A stretch of 32,000 bases of DNA from Candidatus Saccharimonadota bacterium (GTDB lineage Bacteria; Patescibacteriota; Gracilibacteria; Absconditabacterales; Absconditicoccaceae), in the NCBI GenBank assembly GCA_030429145.1, contig JAUIDC010000001.1:450001-482000 (forward strand), in the 5' to 3' direction. Shown here piece by piece: positions 1 through 8,995 of the stretch. The notes beneath the pieces were generated by a model. The model searched no databases. It was not told the DNA's origin and saw only the letters and a program-made list of their open reading frames with translations. The translations under genes were made by a program, and so were the position numbers. Numbering within the stretch: the first letter of the stretch is position 1; each line of letters opens with the position of its first letter.

Positions 1-1
1 A

Positions 2-259
2 CGAAAGGTCGATCTCGATACTATGGAGCATGAGGTGGTACAAGAGATGAATGATGAGACAGTATTCGTTGATCAGGTATTTGAGGGAGAAGAGAGAGAG
101 AATAGCGTGCAGTTTGCATGGAAGAACGATACGTTGATCGTACATTATCAATGAAAGGAGCATGAAGTTGCCTTTAATGACCTCTGAGTAGAGCCTGAGA
201 AGACCATAGAAGCAAATTATATGATGAAGCCAAATGTGACCGTAAAGAAATTTCACTAA
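2..259 (+). CDS. 3' end of a hypothetical protein (N-terminus lies outside the window)
   Basis: The frame is open from the window edge to TAA 257-259 if TGA 152-154 and 185-187 are read as sense. A hairpin terminator follows directly. No family recognised. Confidence 0.45.
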
Positions 260-263
260 GCAG

Positions 264-292
264 AAAGCCCTGGATATGCCAGGGCTTTTTTG
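264..292 (+). terminator. Rho-independent terminator
   Basis: Stem GCCCTGG (267-273) / CCAGGGC (279-285), 5-nt loop, then a T6 tract. Confidence 0.75.
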
Positions 293-328
293 TGTCAGTG
301 ATTTACGTAAAAGATATATGACTACAAG

Positions 329-356
329 TTGAATTTGGTGGGTTGTCAGATATATT
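329..356 (+). promoter_or_regulatory. Candidate sigma70-type promoter for the Nudix gene
   Basis: TTGAAT (329-334), 16-nt spacer, TATATT (351-356), about 30 nt upstream of ATG 387. Confidence 0.35.
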
Positions 357-386
357 TGCGTGGTATTTACTCTATAGTCAGATGAA

Positions 387-953
387 ATGGAAATAGATAA
401 AAGAGTTCCTGCACATGCTAAAATAATGTATAAAGGCCAAAGACGAACAATCTGGCAGCGAGAACAACAGGGATTCAATGGAGAGAGTGAACTATATGAG
501 GTGGCACAGAGATTTGATAGTGTACAATGAATAGTCATAGATGGAGATAAGATTTTATTGCCACAGGAGTTACATCCCCGCCGAGAAAGGGAGCAGATAG
601 GGATGTTTGGTGGAATGATTGATGAGTGAGAAGAACCCTTGGTTGCCATCAAAAGAGAGTTTTTAGAAGAGGCAGGAATGACGGGTGATGTTTCCCATTG
701 GATGACTAGGTCTAAAACGGGTAATATGATAATGGATATGCACTATTATATCATTAGAAATCCAATTAAAATACAAGAGCCTCGCCATGAACCAGGAGAA
801 AAGATTGAGCTCGTCCGTTTTTCATTTGAAGAATTTTTACATGAGGTGGCACAACCTAGGTTTAGAAATAGTGATTTTGCTATGTATATCATTACAGAGT
901 ATATCCTGCCAGGGAAACAAAATGAGCTTAAAGAGCTATTATTTAGCGAGTAG
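387..953 (+). CDS. Nudix hydrolase
   Basis: ATG 387 follows an in-frame TAG at 375-377. Complete Nudix box G-MIDEG-E-EPLVAIK-REFLEEAGM. TGA 627-629 encodes a residue inside the box; a second in-frame TGA lies upstream. Ends in TAG. Confidence 0.85.
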
Positions 954-993
954 ATTGTTATTATATCTTAGTATTTAATTTGAAGAAAAATTG

Positions 994-2658
994 ATGTCAG
1001 TAGAATTAGCAAACTTATTGTTTCCAAATGTGGAAGAGACATTAGAGGACTTGATGAAGCGTTATCCAAGACGTCCTGAGGGACAGATGGTGACGCGTTT
1101 TGCGCCTAGTCCTACATGATTTTTGCATATTGGTGGGGTGTCTACTTGATTGATTGCAGAGAGATTTGTGCATCAAGACAATGCTAACGGAATTGTATTC
1201 TTGCGTATTGAAGATACCGATCAGGAGAGATCTCTTGAAGGAGGAATAGATCTTATCATTCAAGGATTAAAGAATTTCCATATTCAGTTTGATGAAGGTC
1301 CATTGGGTGAAAACAATCAGGATGCTGGCAATTATGGGCCATATATTCAGTCGCAACGCAAAAACCTTTACCATGTTGTAGCGAAACATCTGGTAGCACA
1401 AGGAGATGCATATCCGTGTCGGATGACCTCTGAAGAGCTAGAAGCGACAAGAAAAAGCCAGCAGGACAATAAGAAAATTCCTGGTATCTATGGTTCTTAC
1501 TCTAAGTGGCGTGATGCATCGTTTGATGAACAGAAGAAGATGGTAGAGTCAGGAACTCCTTTTGTTATTCGCCTACGTTCTCATGGAGACATGACGAAGA
1601 GGGTGAAGGTATCAGATATTATTAGATGAGATATTGAGATGCAGGATAATTTCTTAGATGTTGTCCTTATTAAGGCAAAAGATAGTCTGCCAACCTATCA
1701 TCTGGCTCATCTAGTTGATGACTATCTTATGGGAACAACTCATATCATTCGTAGTGATGAGTGGTTGGCTAGTTTGCCATTGCACCTGCAGCTTTTTTCG
1801 CTCCTTGGTGTAAAACCACTACAATATGCACATGTCTCGCCGCTGCTCAAATTGGATGATGGAAAGAAGAGAAAACTTTCGAAGCGTAAAGATCCAGAGG
1901 CAAATATTGAGTGGTTTTTTGAACAAGGTTATCCAGTCGATGCGATCATAGAGTTTCTTATGAATATCATTGATCCTTCATTTGAAGAACGACAAAAGAA
2001 TAACCCTGAAAAAAAATATACAGATTTCGTTTTCCAGCTCTCTCATATGAATGAATCAGGAGCATTGTTTGATCTAGTCAAACTCGACTTTGTGTCAAAA
2101 GAGTGGATAGCAAAGCTTGATAAAAAACTGTTTGTAGAAAAGTGCCTAGAGTGGGCTCACAAGTATAGCCCTGAGCTTCATGAGAAGATGGTTAATAATC
2201 AAGAGTATACATTTAAAGCACTCAATATAGAGCGCTGTACGGAGCTTGATCCAAAGAGATTTACCAAATTTTCTGATATTGTTGAGCAGTTGCCAAACTT
2301 CTATGATGAGGTCTATGAGGCGAACTATGAGAATAAGCCAGAATTGCCTGAAAACGTGACACAAGAGATTATCAATAAGTTCGTGAGCGTCTATCTCGAA
2401 AAGATGGACCTTCATTTAGAAAAGGATGCGTGGTTTGAGCAATTTAAAGAGATCGCTGCAAATCTTGGAGATGGGATGAATTTTGCTGGAAATAATAAAG
2501 AGTTTAAAGAGTGAGGATATGTGGGGAAAATAGGAGATTTAGCTATGTTTCTGCGTATTCAGCTCCTTTTATCAAAGGCGACGCCAGATCTTTCCGAAAC
2601 CATGAAAGTAATGTGAGCGGAGAGGGTGAAAAAGAGGCTTCAGAAAGCAGTAAAATAA
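994..2658 (+). CDS. gltX: Glutamyl-tRNA synthetase
   Basis: Class I HIGH region RFAPSPT-G-FLHIGG, with that Gly encoded by TGA 1117-1119. Has a KLSKRK (KMSKS-like) motif and a GluRS-like C-terminus after reading through TGA 1627, 2512 and 2614. Ends TAA 2656-2658. Five in-frame TGAs in total. Confidence 0.93.
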
Positions 2659-2772
2659 AATCATTGACGTTTTTGTGTTTTTTGATGAAATAGGGGTTTT
2701 TCTTGGTGAAAAGAGGGTTTTTTCAAAGTTTTGCTTATAATAATAAGTGTTATTCACCTTATAGAAGAGCTC

Positions 2773-3243
2773 ATGAAAAAACTTATTACATTGATCTTGT
2801 TGGTTGTTGTTGGGTGGTCGACTGTCTCGGCTATCAGCTTTTTCGATAATACGTCGAGTGTTTATACAAGAGATCAGCAAGATGCGGTAAAGACAGATGA
2901 TATCTGTGCGACAGATCCACTGAGATGTGGCATGGATAATCCAGGAAGTCGTATACAGGGACTCTATTACAATGGTCCAATTTCAACAGTCTATGAGGCG
3001 CAAAATCAGACGCTGGGATATGTGCATAATATCATCAATTGGGCGTTATCACTCCTTGGGCTGATAGCTCTTTGTTATCTTGTTTATCACGGATTTAATA
3101 TCGTGTTAGGTGTAGGTGATGAGGCAAAGACAAAAGCGTGATGGAAAGGACTGAGGACTGGAGCAATTGCTATCGCAGGTGTTGCGTTGAGCTGGTTTAT
3201 CGTGAGTCTTATCGTCTATATGATAGATCTGTTTATCCAATAA
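2773..3243 (+). CDS. T4SS-pilin-like small membrane protein (TrbC/VirB2-like: signal peptide plus two C-terminal TM helices)
   Basis: N-terminal signal peptide MKKLITLILLVVVGWSTVSA. Two hydrophobic helices are separated by the charged loop GDEAKTKA-G-WKG, whose Gly is TGA 3139-3141. The pattern resembles the CPR/Gram-positive T4SS pilin family as I recall it. Ends TAA 3241-3243. Confidence 0.6.
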
Positions 3244-3258
3244 TATTTGAAAACAAAA

Positions 3259-3723
3259 ATGAAAAACATAAAGCATAGAGGAATTCTTGGGTGGGTCATC
3301 GTGGCGATGATGAGCTTGATGCAGGTTGTGCCTGCTGTCAATGCTATCGATCGAGACCCATACTATCAGGAGATGGAAAACGCTGGAAGACCTACTGCTG
3401 ATGCAGGAAGTATCGTTGGTGACACCAATCAGCAGGGTAGTCTTTTAGAAACGCTTCTTGATGTATTTGATATCAACTACGCCGGAGATGGGAAAGCATT
3501 GAAATATGTACAGGTTGTGATTAATTATGTAATATCATTTGCTGCGTTTATTGCATTGATAGTTATCATCTATGGATTTTATATGATGTTCTTCCGTGAG
3601 CAGGATAAGTGATTTAGTTCTGCAAGGAAAACGATCATTGGTGCAGCGATAGCTCTCTTTGTGATAGGAATCTCTCGAATATTTGTTAACTTTGCGTTTT
3701 ACGTGTTCAATAGAGGAATTTAA
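3259..3723 (+). CDS. T4SS-pilin-like small membrane protein, paralog of the preceding gene
   Basis: Same architecture as the preceding gene, and the C-terminal halves align (YVxxxINxxxS...IAL...Y.GF ... loop ... GAxIA). The loop again contains an in-frame TGA (3610-3612). An alternative TTG start at 3247 is possible. Ends TAA 3721-3723. Confidence 0.6.
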
Positions 3724-3752
3724 TAATATCTTATAGTTCATAACTTATTACC

Positions 3753-4463
3753 ATGGCATTTAAACTCTTTAACTTCGAAAAAGGAAAGATACAGAAGGGG
3801 CAACGTGAGCAGGCTTTCAACACTGAAACGATGCTGCCTATTTCTGAGATCAGAGGAAATACAATGGTGCTGAAGGATGGTGGCCTGAGAGCTGTCATCA
3901 AGGTCTCTGGTCTCAATCTTGATCTCAAGAACTCTGATGAGCAAGAGATAGTCATCCAGCAGTATAAAAGATTTCTCAATGGACTGGATTTTCCTATCCA
4001 GATACTTGTTCGTAGTACCTATCTCGACCTGACACACTACCTCAACTATATGAAAGAAAATGTGAATGCGATAGACAATGATACGCTCAAGAGCCATGGA
4101 GAGCAGTATGTGTCATTTTTAGATGAGATTAATTTGGCACAAGGGTTGATCTATGTAAAGGAGTTTTACATCATTGTGCCGTATTATGACCAAGGAGGAG
4201 AAGATGAAAATCAAGTAAAGAAGTCATGGCGACAGAAGTTTCTCAATGTGTTGGAGAGTAAAGATAGTGCAGAAAAGATAGTACAGAGATATCGCTCGTT
4301 TGTGAAAAATAGAAAATTTTTGGATACGAGATGTGCGTTGATTATGGAAGGGTTGAAAGGATTGAATATTGATACGGAGAGATTGGCTCTGACTGATATG
4401 GTCTCGCTACTCTTTAAGTTTTACAATCCGACCATGCATAACGATCAGGCAGAGACAAAGTAG
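3753..4463 (+). CDS. Stand-alone VirB4/TraE-type N-terminal domain protein (no ATPase domain)
   Basis: LPISEIRGNTMVLKDGGLRAVIKVSGLNLDLKNSDEQEIVIQQYKRFLNGLDFPIQILVRS...FYIIVPY...RLALTDMVSLLFKFYNP matches the N-terminal region of Gram-positive VirB4-like ATPases (Tn916 Orf16 / pIP501 TraE type) as I recall them. The ORF stops at TAG 4461-4463 after 236 aa, and a terminator follows. Confidence 0.6.
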   Translation: MAFKLFNFEKGKIQKGQREQAFNTETMLPISEIRGNTMVLKDGGLRAVIKVSGLNLDLKNSDEQEIVIQQYKRFLNGLDFPIQILVRSTYLDLTHYLNYMKENVNAIDNDTLKSHGEQYVSFLDEINLAQGLIYVKEFYIIVPYYDQGGEDENQVKKSWRQKFLNVLESKDSAEKIVQRYRSFVKNRKFLDTRCALIMEGLKGLNIDTERLALTDMVSLLFKFYNPTMHNDQAETK

Positions 4464-4485
4464 TGTAAAAACCTTGTGATAATAG

Positions 4486-4516
4486 GAGAGAGTGCTATAC
4501 TCTCTTTTGTTTTTTA
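4486..4516 (+). terminator. Rho-independent terminator
   Basis: Stem AGAGAGT (4487-4493) / ACTCTCT (4499-4505), 5-nt loop, then TTTGTTTTTT. Confidence 0.7.
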
Positions 4517-4531
4517 TATAAAAAAGAGTGC

Positions 4532-5206
4532 ATGTTCGGGATAGTGGCGCTGATGTTAGGATTGCCTTGAGGTATGGCTTTGCAGCCATTGGTAGAGCAG
4601 GTTGACTCGTACGTCTACGCACAACAGGTAGATATTTTGACTGATGATAGTATCGCAAGATTTGTTGGTCCCAATGATCCGTTGACAACGCCTCGTTATA
4701 GGCCAGATGATCTTGTAGATTTGACCGATGCAGCATTTATTCGTGTGCAGTGAGGCATAGGATATTTGAGAAAAGAGGCCTTTGATCAGCTTGCAGATAT
4801 GGCGTATCATTTTTATGAGGTCTTTCAAAGGCATCTGACAGTGGTAAGCTCTTTTAGAAGTTATGGGCTACAGAATATGCTTTTTGAAGCATATACAGAA
4901 TCCCATGGGTTAGCGGCAGCAGCAACTTTTTCAGCATTGCCCGGCCGCAGTGAACATCAGCTCGGCTTGTCGGTAGACCTTTTTACCGCAAATGACGTAG
5001 ACGCGGCTGGCTATCAGGGCTATTATGACCGGCTCAGGAAAAGTGCTCACAAGCGATGATGGACGCAGTCATATCAGAAATGATCCCAAATAGACTGATA
5101 TATTGTAGAGCCGTGGCATCGGCGCTATGTGGGAGAAAGGCTTGCTACAGAGCTATATGAGCAGGAATTAACCTTTAGTGAATGGGTAGAGAGATATAAA
5201 AGATAA
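4532..5206 (+). CDS. D-alanyl-D-alanine carboxypeptidase, peptidase M15B (VanY-like)
   Basis: Zinc-site motifs SEHQLGLSVD and EPWHRRYVG, plus an N-terminal hydrophobic anchor. Five in-frame TGAs. Ends TAA 5204-5206. Confidence 0.85.
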
Positions 5207-5209
5207 ACA

Positions 5210-5237
5210 TTGACTTATTTTGTATTTCGAATATAAT
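5210..5237 (+). promoter_or_regulatory. Candidate sigma70-type promoter
   Basis: TTGACT (5210-5215), 16-nt spacer, TATAAT (5232-5237), 25 nt upstream of ATG 5263. Confidence 0.5.
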
Positions 5238-5262
5238 AAAAATATAAACAAAAACCGAAAAA

Positions 5263-5613
5263 ATGAAAAAACTACTTTTATTGGGCTTATTTGTCCTGCT
5301 TATTGTTGCTATTGTTTGCTCTACTGGGGCATTTAGGGATCTTACTCATTCCAATCAGAATGTTCGTACAGAGGTCTCAGACACTTCAGTTGTTGTTGCC
5401 AATGGTTCAACCGCCAATGACAGTGCATTTATGCACAGATTGGTGGCCCAATGGGAAAGCTTGAACTGGGATACTGTTCAGACTCCGCTTACCGTACAAG
5501 ATTCTCTCTTTATGGTCGATGCCGTAAAAACTTGGCAGACCTTTATTGGGGCGCCCAAGGGGGAGGGTTCTTTGTATCAGTGGGCTGACGCCTACATAAC
5601 AAAGCACCAGTAA
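5263..5613 (+). CDS. Hypothetical secreted or membrane-anchored protein
   Basis: Intact 116-aa ORF with signal/anchor MKKLLLLGLFVLLIVAIVCS, bracketed by a promoter and a terminator. Confidence 0.6.
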   Translation: MKKLLLLGLFVLLIVAIVCSTGAFRDLTHSNQNVRTEVSDTSVVVANGSTANDSAFMHRLVAQWESLNWDTVQTPLTVQDSLFMVDAVKTWQTFIGAPKGEGSLYQWADAYITKHQ

Positions 5614-5635
5614 AATCTAACAAGCATTGTTGTTC

Positions 5636-5665
5636 GGATGGTAAGTCTTTCTTGCCATCCTTTTC
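5636..5665 (+). terminator. Rho-independent terminator
   Basis: 10-bp stem GGATGGTAAG / CTTGCCATCC (one G-U pair), 5-nt loop, then TTTT. Confidence 0.7.
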
Positions 5666-5688
5666 TAAAAATTGTAGATATTTCACTC

Positions 5689-5719
5689 TTGACAAACACT
5701 ATTTATAGACTACTATAAT
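5689..5719 (+). promoter_or_regulatory. Candidate promoter
   Basis: TTGACA (5689-5694). The -10 is either TACTAT at 16-nt spacing (5711-5716) or TATAAT at 19-nt spacing (5714-5719). Confidence 0.4.
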
Positions 5720-5741
5720 CTCACACCAAAGAATAAAACAT

Positions 5742-5879
5742 ATGGGAACGGTTCGCAGAAACCTACATCCAGGCACCCGCAGGGCTATTGCGGCTTGTGT
5801 GGTTGTAGTACTAGGCATTATTGCCTTCGCAGCGGTGCAGCTTTGGCCTAATATCCAAAAAGTCATAGCAGCACTTTAG
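5742..5879 (+). CDS. Small (45 aa) putative single-pass membrane protein
   Basis: ATG 5742 to TAG 5877-5879. Hydrophobic core AIAACVVVVLGIIAFAAVQLW. Sits between a promoter-like site and a strong terminator. Short, so uncertain. Confidence 0.4.
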   Translation: MGTVRRNLHPGTRRAIAACVVVVLGIIAFAAVQLWPNIQKVIAAL

Positions 5880-5901
5880 AAAAACTTATTATCAACGTAT
5901 T

Positions 5902-5934
5902 AAAAAAAGGATAGCGTATGAGCTATCCTTTTGT
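5902..5934. terminator. Bidirectional hairpin terminator (small ORF / murB)
   Basis: A7 tract, stem GGATAGC (5909-5915) / GCTATCC (5922-5928), then TTTT. Lies between convergent genes. Confidence 0.7.
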
Positions 5935-5936
5935 CG

Positions 5937-6998
5937 TTATCCAATGAAATTGACTTCTGGTTCGATGGCTATACCAAGTTTGTCATGACACTCTTTTTGT
6001 ATTTTTCTTGCAAAGTGTAGTATCTCTTGTCCGCTTGCTCAGCCATAATTGACGATACATAGTGCTTGCTTCTCCCGGCATCCGACATTTCATTCGCGAT
6101 GGCCACGATAGCCTAGGACATGGTCTAGAACTCGTCCAGTAGGAATCTTTATGAACTCCTCATTGATAGGATAGTGTTCTATAGTGAGATCCGGTTTTAT
6201 GCGATGCACTCTTTCTGTAAAATCTTCAAACTCTTCCTGTGTGAGGACGGCGTTTTTGAAAAAACTTCCTCATGTTCCGACTTTATGTCGATCGGGTAGT
6301 TTCTCCGCTCTGATCTCGGTAATGGTATCAATCATATGACGAGGAGTGGGTTTTGTGATGCCTTTCTTTGCTAGCTCTTCGGCTACAGAGCCATAGTTAC
6401 TAATCGGAGCATAAGTGTCAGGATCAAAATGTTGTAGACGAAATGTAACGTCAGTGATGAAAAATTCATCCTTGCGGATTCCCTTAAAGATACTATCGCG
6501 ATATCCAAAGAAACACTCTTTATGCGAAATGGTCTCGTATTCCTTGGTCTCTAGGTTGTATCCTCATACGCTTACGATAGCATTACCTATCTCGGTTCCA
6601 TAGGCTCCAATGTTTTGAATAGGTGCGGCGCCAACCTTTCCAGGGATGCTTATTAAATTTTCTATACCATATAACCCATGGTCGATGGCTCGCTCTACAA
6701 AGGAGCTCCACTCTTCTCACGCACCTGCTTTTATAAATACTTCATGTTCATGGTCAGTCACGATCTCTTTCCCTAAAATATTGTTGCAGACAACCAGTCC
6801 ATCAAATGTTGGAGAGGTGAGCAGTATATTTGAACCTCCTCAGAGAAAGAGGATCCTTTCTTTATAGTGCACCCATTCACGACTTTGGAGTAACTTCAAA
6901 AAGTCTGCAGCTGTTTCGATAGAAACAAATTGTTTTGCCTTACAGTCTACATGAAAGGTGTTGTACTCTTTGAGTGAGATGTTATGTTGGATTTCCAT
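5937..6998 (-). CDS. murB: UDP-N-acetylenolpyruvoylglucosamine reductase
   Basis: Hand translation gives 353 aa with [27 protein letters not shown] and GT-G-GSFFKN. Six in-frame TGAs and no in-frame TAA/TAG. Ends TAA 5937-5939. Confidence 0.9.
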
Positions 6999-7119
6999 GA
7001 GAAAAGAGCGTGTAGGTGGGAAATAAGTAAAGATATTTTTTGTTTATATGTATATAAGAAGGATAGGCAATGTAAAAAAGTTCTTCTCTTTTGGTATAAT
7101 TTGGGACATAGTATATAAG

Positions 7120-7135
7120 TAGAACGTTCGTTCTA
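7120..7135. promoter_or_regulatory. Candidate LexA (Cheo-type SOS) box upstream of recA
   Basis: Perfect 16-bp palindrome TAGAACGTTCGTTCTA, containing GAAC-N4-GTTC. Lies between an extended -10-like TGGTATAAT (7094-7102) and TTGACA (7148-7153), 116 nt upstream of the recA ATG. Confidence 0.5.
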
Positions 7136-7147
7136 TAAGTGAACTGT

Positions 7148-7175
7148 TTGACATTATCCGAACTAAAGTTATTGT
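7148..7175 (+). promoter_or_regulatory. Candidate recA promoter
   Basis: TTGACA (7148-7153), 16-nt spacer, TATTGT (7170-7175). The -10 is weak. TGGTATAAT at 7094-7102 is an alternative. Confidence 0.3.
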
Positions 7176-7250
7176 AGGGGTGAAAGGGGTTGTTTTTGCA
7201 AAAAAACTCTGTATGACTTTCCCGTTTTATTATTAATTGAATGAACGAAG

Positions 7251-8300
7251 ATGGCAAGTAAAAACCAGGTATTGGATGAAGCGAGGAAGAACATTGAGAA
7301 GAAGTTTGGTAAAGGCGCTCTCATCCGCATGGGTGACAGTAGCAATGTATGACTGGTAAATACATTTCATTCCGGATCATATGTACTAGACCTTATTCTT
7401 GGTGGAGGATATCCAGAAGGACGTGTAGTAGAGATATACGGACCAGAATCATCAGGTAAGACAACCATAGCACTTCATGCGATAGCGGAGATTCAGAAGC
7501 GTGGGGAAACGGCTGCATTTATCGATGCGGAGCACGCGTTGGATCCTGCGTATGCACGTACGTTAGGTGTAGATACAGAAAATTTACTTTTATCACAGCC
7601 AGATTTTGGTGAGCAGGCGCTTGAGATTGCTGAAGAGCTTGCGAAGACGGGGGCTATTAAGCTTATTGTGATCGACTCGGTTGCTGCGCTTGTGCCAAGA
7701 GCAGAAGTAGAAGGTGACATGGGTGATAGTCATATGGGGCTCCAGGCTCGTATGATGTCACAAGGACTCAGAAAACTGACATCTATCATGGCGAAGACAG
7801 GAACAACTATAGTATTCATCAATCAGATTCGTATGAAAATTGGTGTGATGTTTGGTAATCCTGAGACCACAACTGGTGGTAATGCGTTGAAGTTCTACGC
7901 TTCTCAAAGACTCGAGATTAGACGCGGAGAGAAGATAGAAGAAAATAAGGAACTGATCGGATATGCAACGAAGGTAAAGATCGTAAAAAATAAGATCGCT
8001 GCTCCGTTTAGAAGTGCTGAGATACCAGTGAAATTCAAACAAGGTATCGACAGGGGGCTTGATATCATTGAAGCAGGACTTGCTCTTGGACTTATCGAAA
8101 AGGGTGGAGCTTTCTATACTCTACCAGGAAAGAAAGAGAAAGTGCAAGGTAAGGACAAAGTATTAGAGGTATTGAACAGCGATGAAAAACTTTATAACTC
8201 TCTCAATACAGATATCCAAAACAAGATCAAAGAGCTTCGTTCAGGTAAGAAAGTTCTTCCAGAAGAAGCTTTGGAAGAGATTGAAATGGAAGAAGAATAA
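7251..8300 (+). CDS. recA: Recombinase RecA
   Basis: KQFGKG-like N-terminus, Walker [10 protein letters not shown], then IDAEHALDP ... VIDSVAAL ... FINQIR. One in-frame TGA (7350-7352). Ends in TAA. Confidence 0.96.
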
Positions 8301-8336
8301 ACCTCTGTTAGTGCAGATATGAATTATTTCATATAC

Positions 8337-8371
8337 AAAAAACCGTCCTTTGCGCTTTGGGACGGTTTTTT
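8337..8371. terminator. Bidirectional terminator (recA / pilin)
   Basis: A-tract, stem CCGTCC (8343-8348) / GGACGG (8360-8365), then T6. Overlaps the pilin stop codon. Confidence 0.75.
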
Positions 8372-8930
8372 AGTATCCACAGATGTAATTGGTGTCGAAT
8401 CGCGTTGAGGCATTATATGTTGGTGAGACCTTTTCATCTCCGTTGTTGTAATGAATGTACGTCCGAGTAGTGGGGCTTTCTCTGAAGTAGCCAATGTGTA
8501 ATCACTCTCCAGTAATAGCTCCATTGATGCTATACTTATAACAAAAATAACGATAGGAGAATGTTCCGGTTCCAGCGCCAAATCCTGGGAGATGGACTGC
8601 ATTGTTAATGGGATCTACAGGGACGGTATTCATGATGCCTCCTGAAATAAGCCATATGAGAAATTGTCCTGATGAACTGTAATCCCGTCCTCATCGAGAA
8701 GCTATTTCGGTTCCTCCACTATATCTGTATGTGTGCATCAGAAAACCATTGTCCGCGTTGTAGAGAGAAAAAGCATTGTAGATTTGGCTCATGTCTGCTT
8801 TACGTTTAGCATCTCTTGCTCTTCATTGCACGTCTCTCAGTCTTGGTACAAGCGCCGCCGCCAAAATACCTATTATCACGATGACAATAAGCATTTCAAT
8901 AAGCGTAAATGATGGTTTTTTTGTAGTCAT
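8370..8930 (-). CDS. Type IV pilin / pseudopilin (class III signal peptide)
   Basis: N-terminus MTTKKPS-FTLIEMLIVIVIIGILAAALVP, with Glu at +5. Three in-frame TGAs. Ends TAA 8370-8372. Confidence 0.8.
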
Positions 8931-8960
8931 AGAAAGAAAAAAGAATGACTAGAGGTTTTC

Positions 8961-8988
8961 AATATAGCAAAGCCTACTGGATAAGCAA
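8961..8988 (-). promoter_or_regulatory. Candidate promoter for the pilin gene
   Basis: On the minus strand: TTGCTT, 16-nt spacer, TATATT, in the 65-bp murC-pilin spacer. Confidence 0.35.
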
Positions 8989-8995
8989 GAAAAGA

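Noticed and set aside
2511-2880. ORFs 2511-2693 (+) and 2572-2880 (-)
   Set aside because: The gltX frame continues through TGA 2512 and 2614 to TAA 2656-2658 with a GluRS-like C-terminus. These ORFs are off-frame or antisense to it, or cover the promoter region of the pilin operon.
4532-5206. VanY-like peptidase as a dedicated cell-wall-remodelling component of the adjacent pilin/VirB4-N operon
   Set aside because: A strong terminator separates it from that operon, and it is a D,D-carboxypeptidase rather than a VirB1-type lytic transglycosylase or amidase. Adjacency alone is insufficient.
6415-6867. Plus-strand ORFs 6415-6603 and 6646-6867
   Set aside because: They are antisense to murB, which is reconstructed full-length on the minus strand under table 25.
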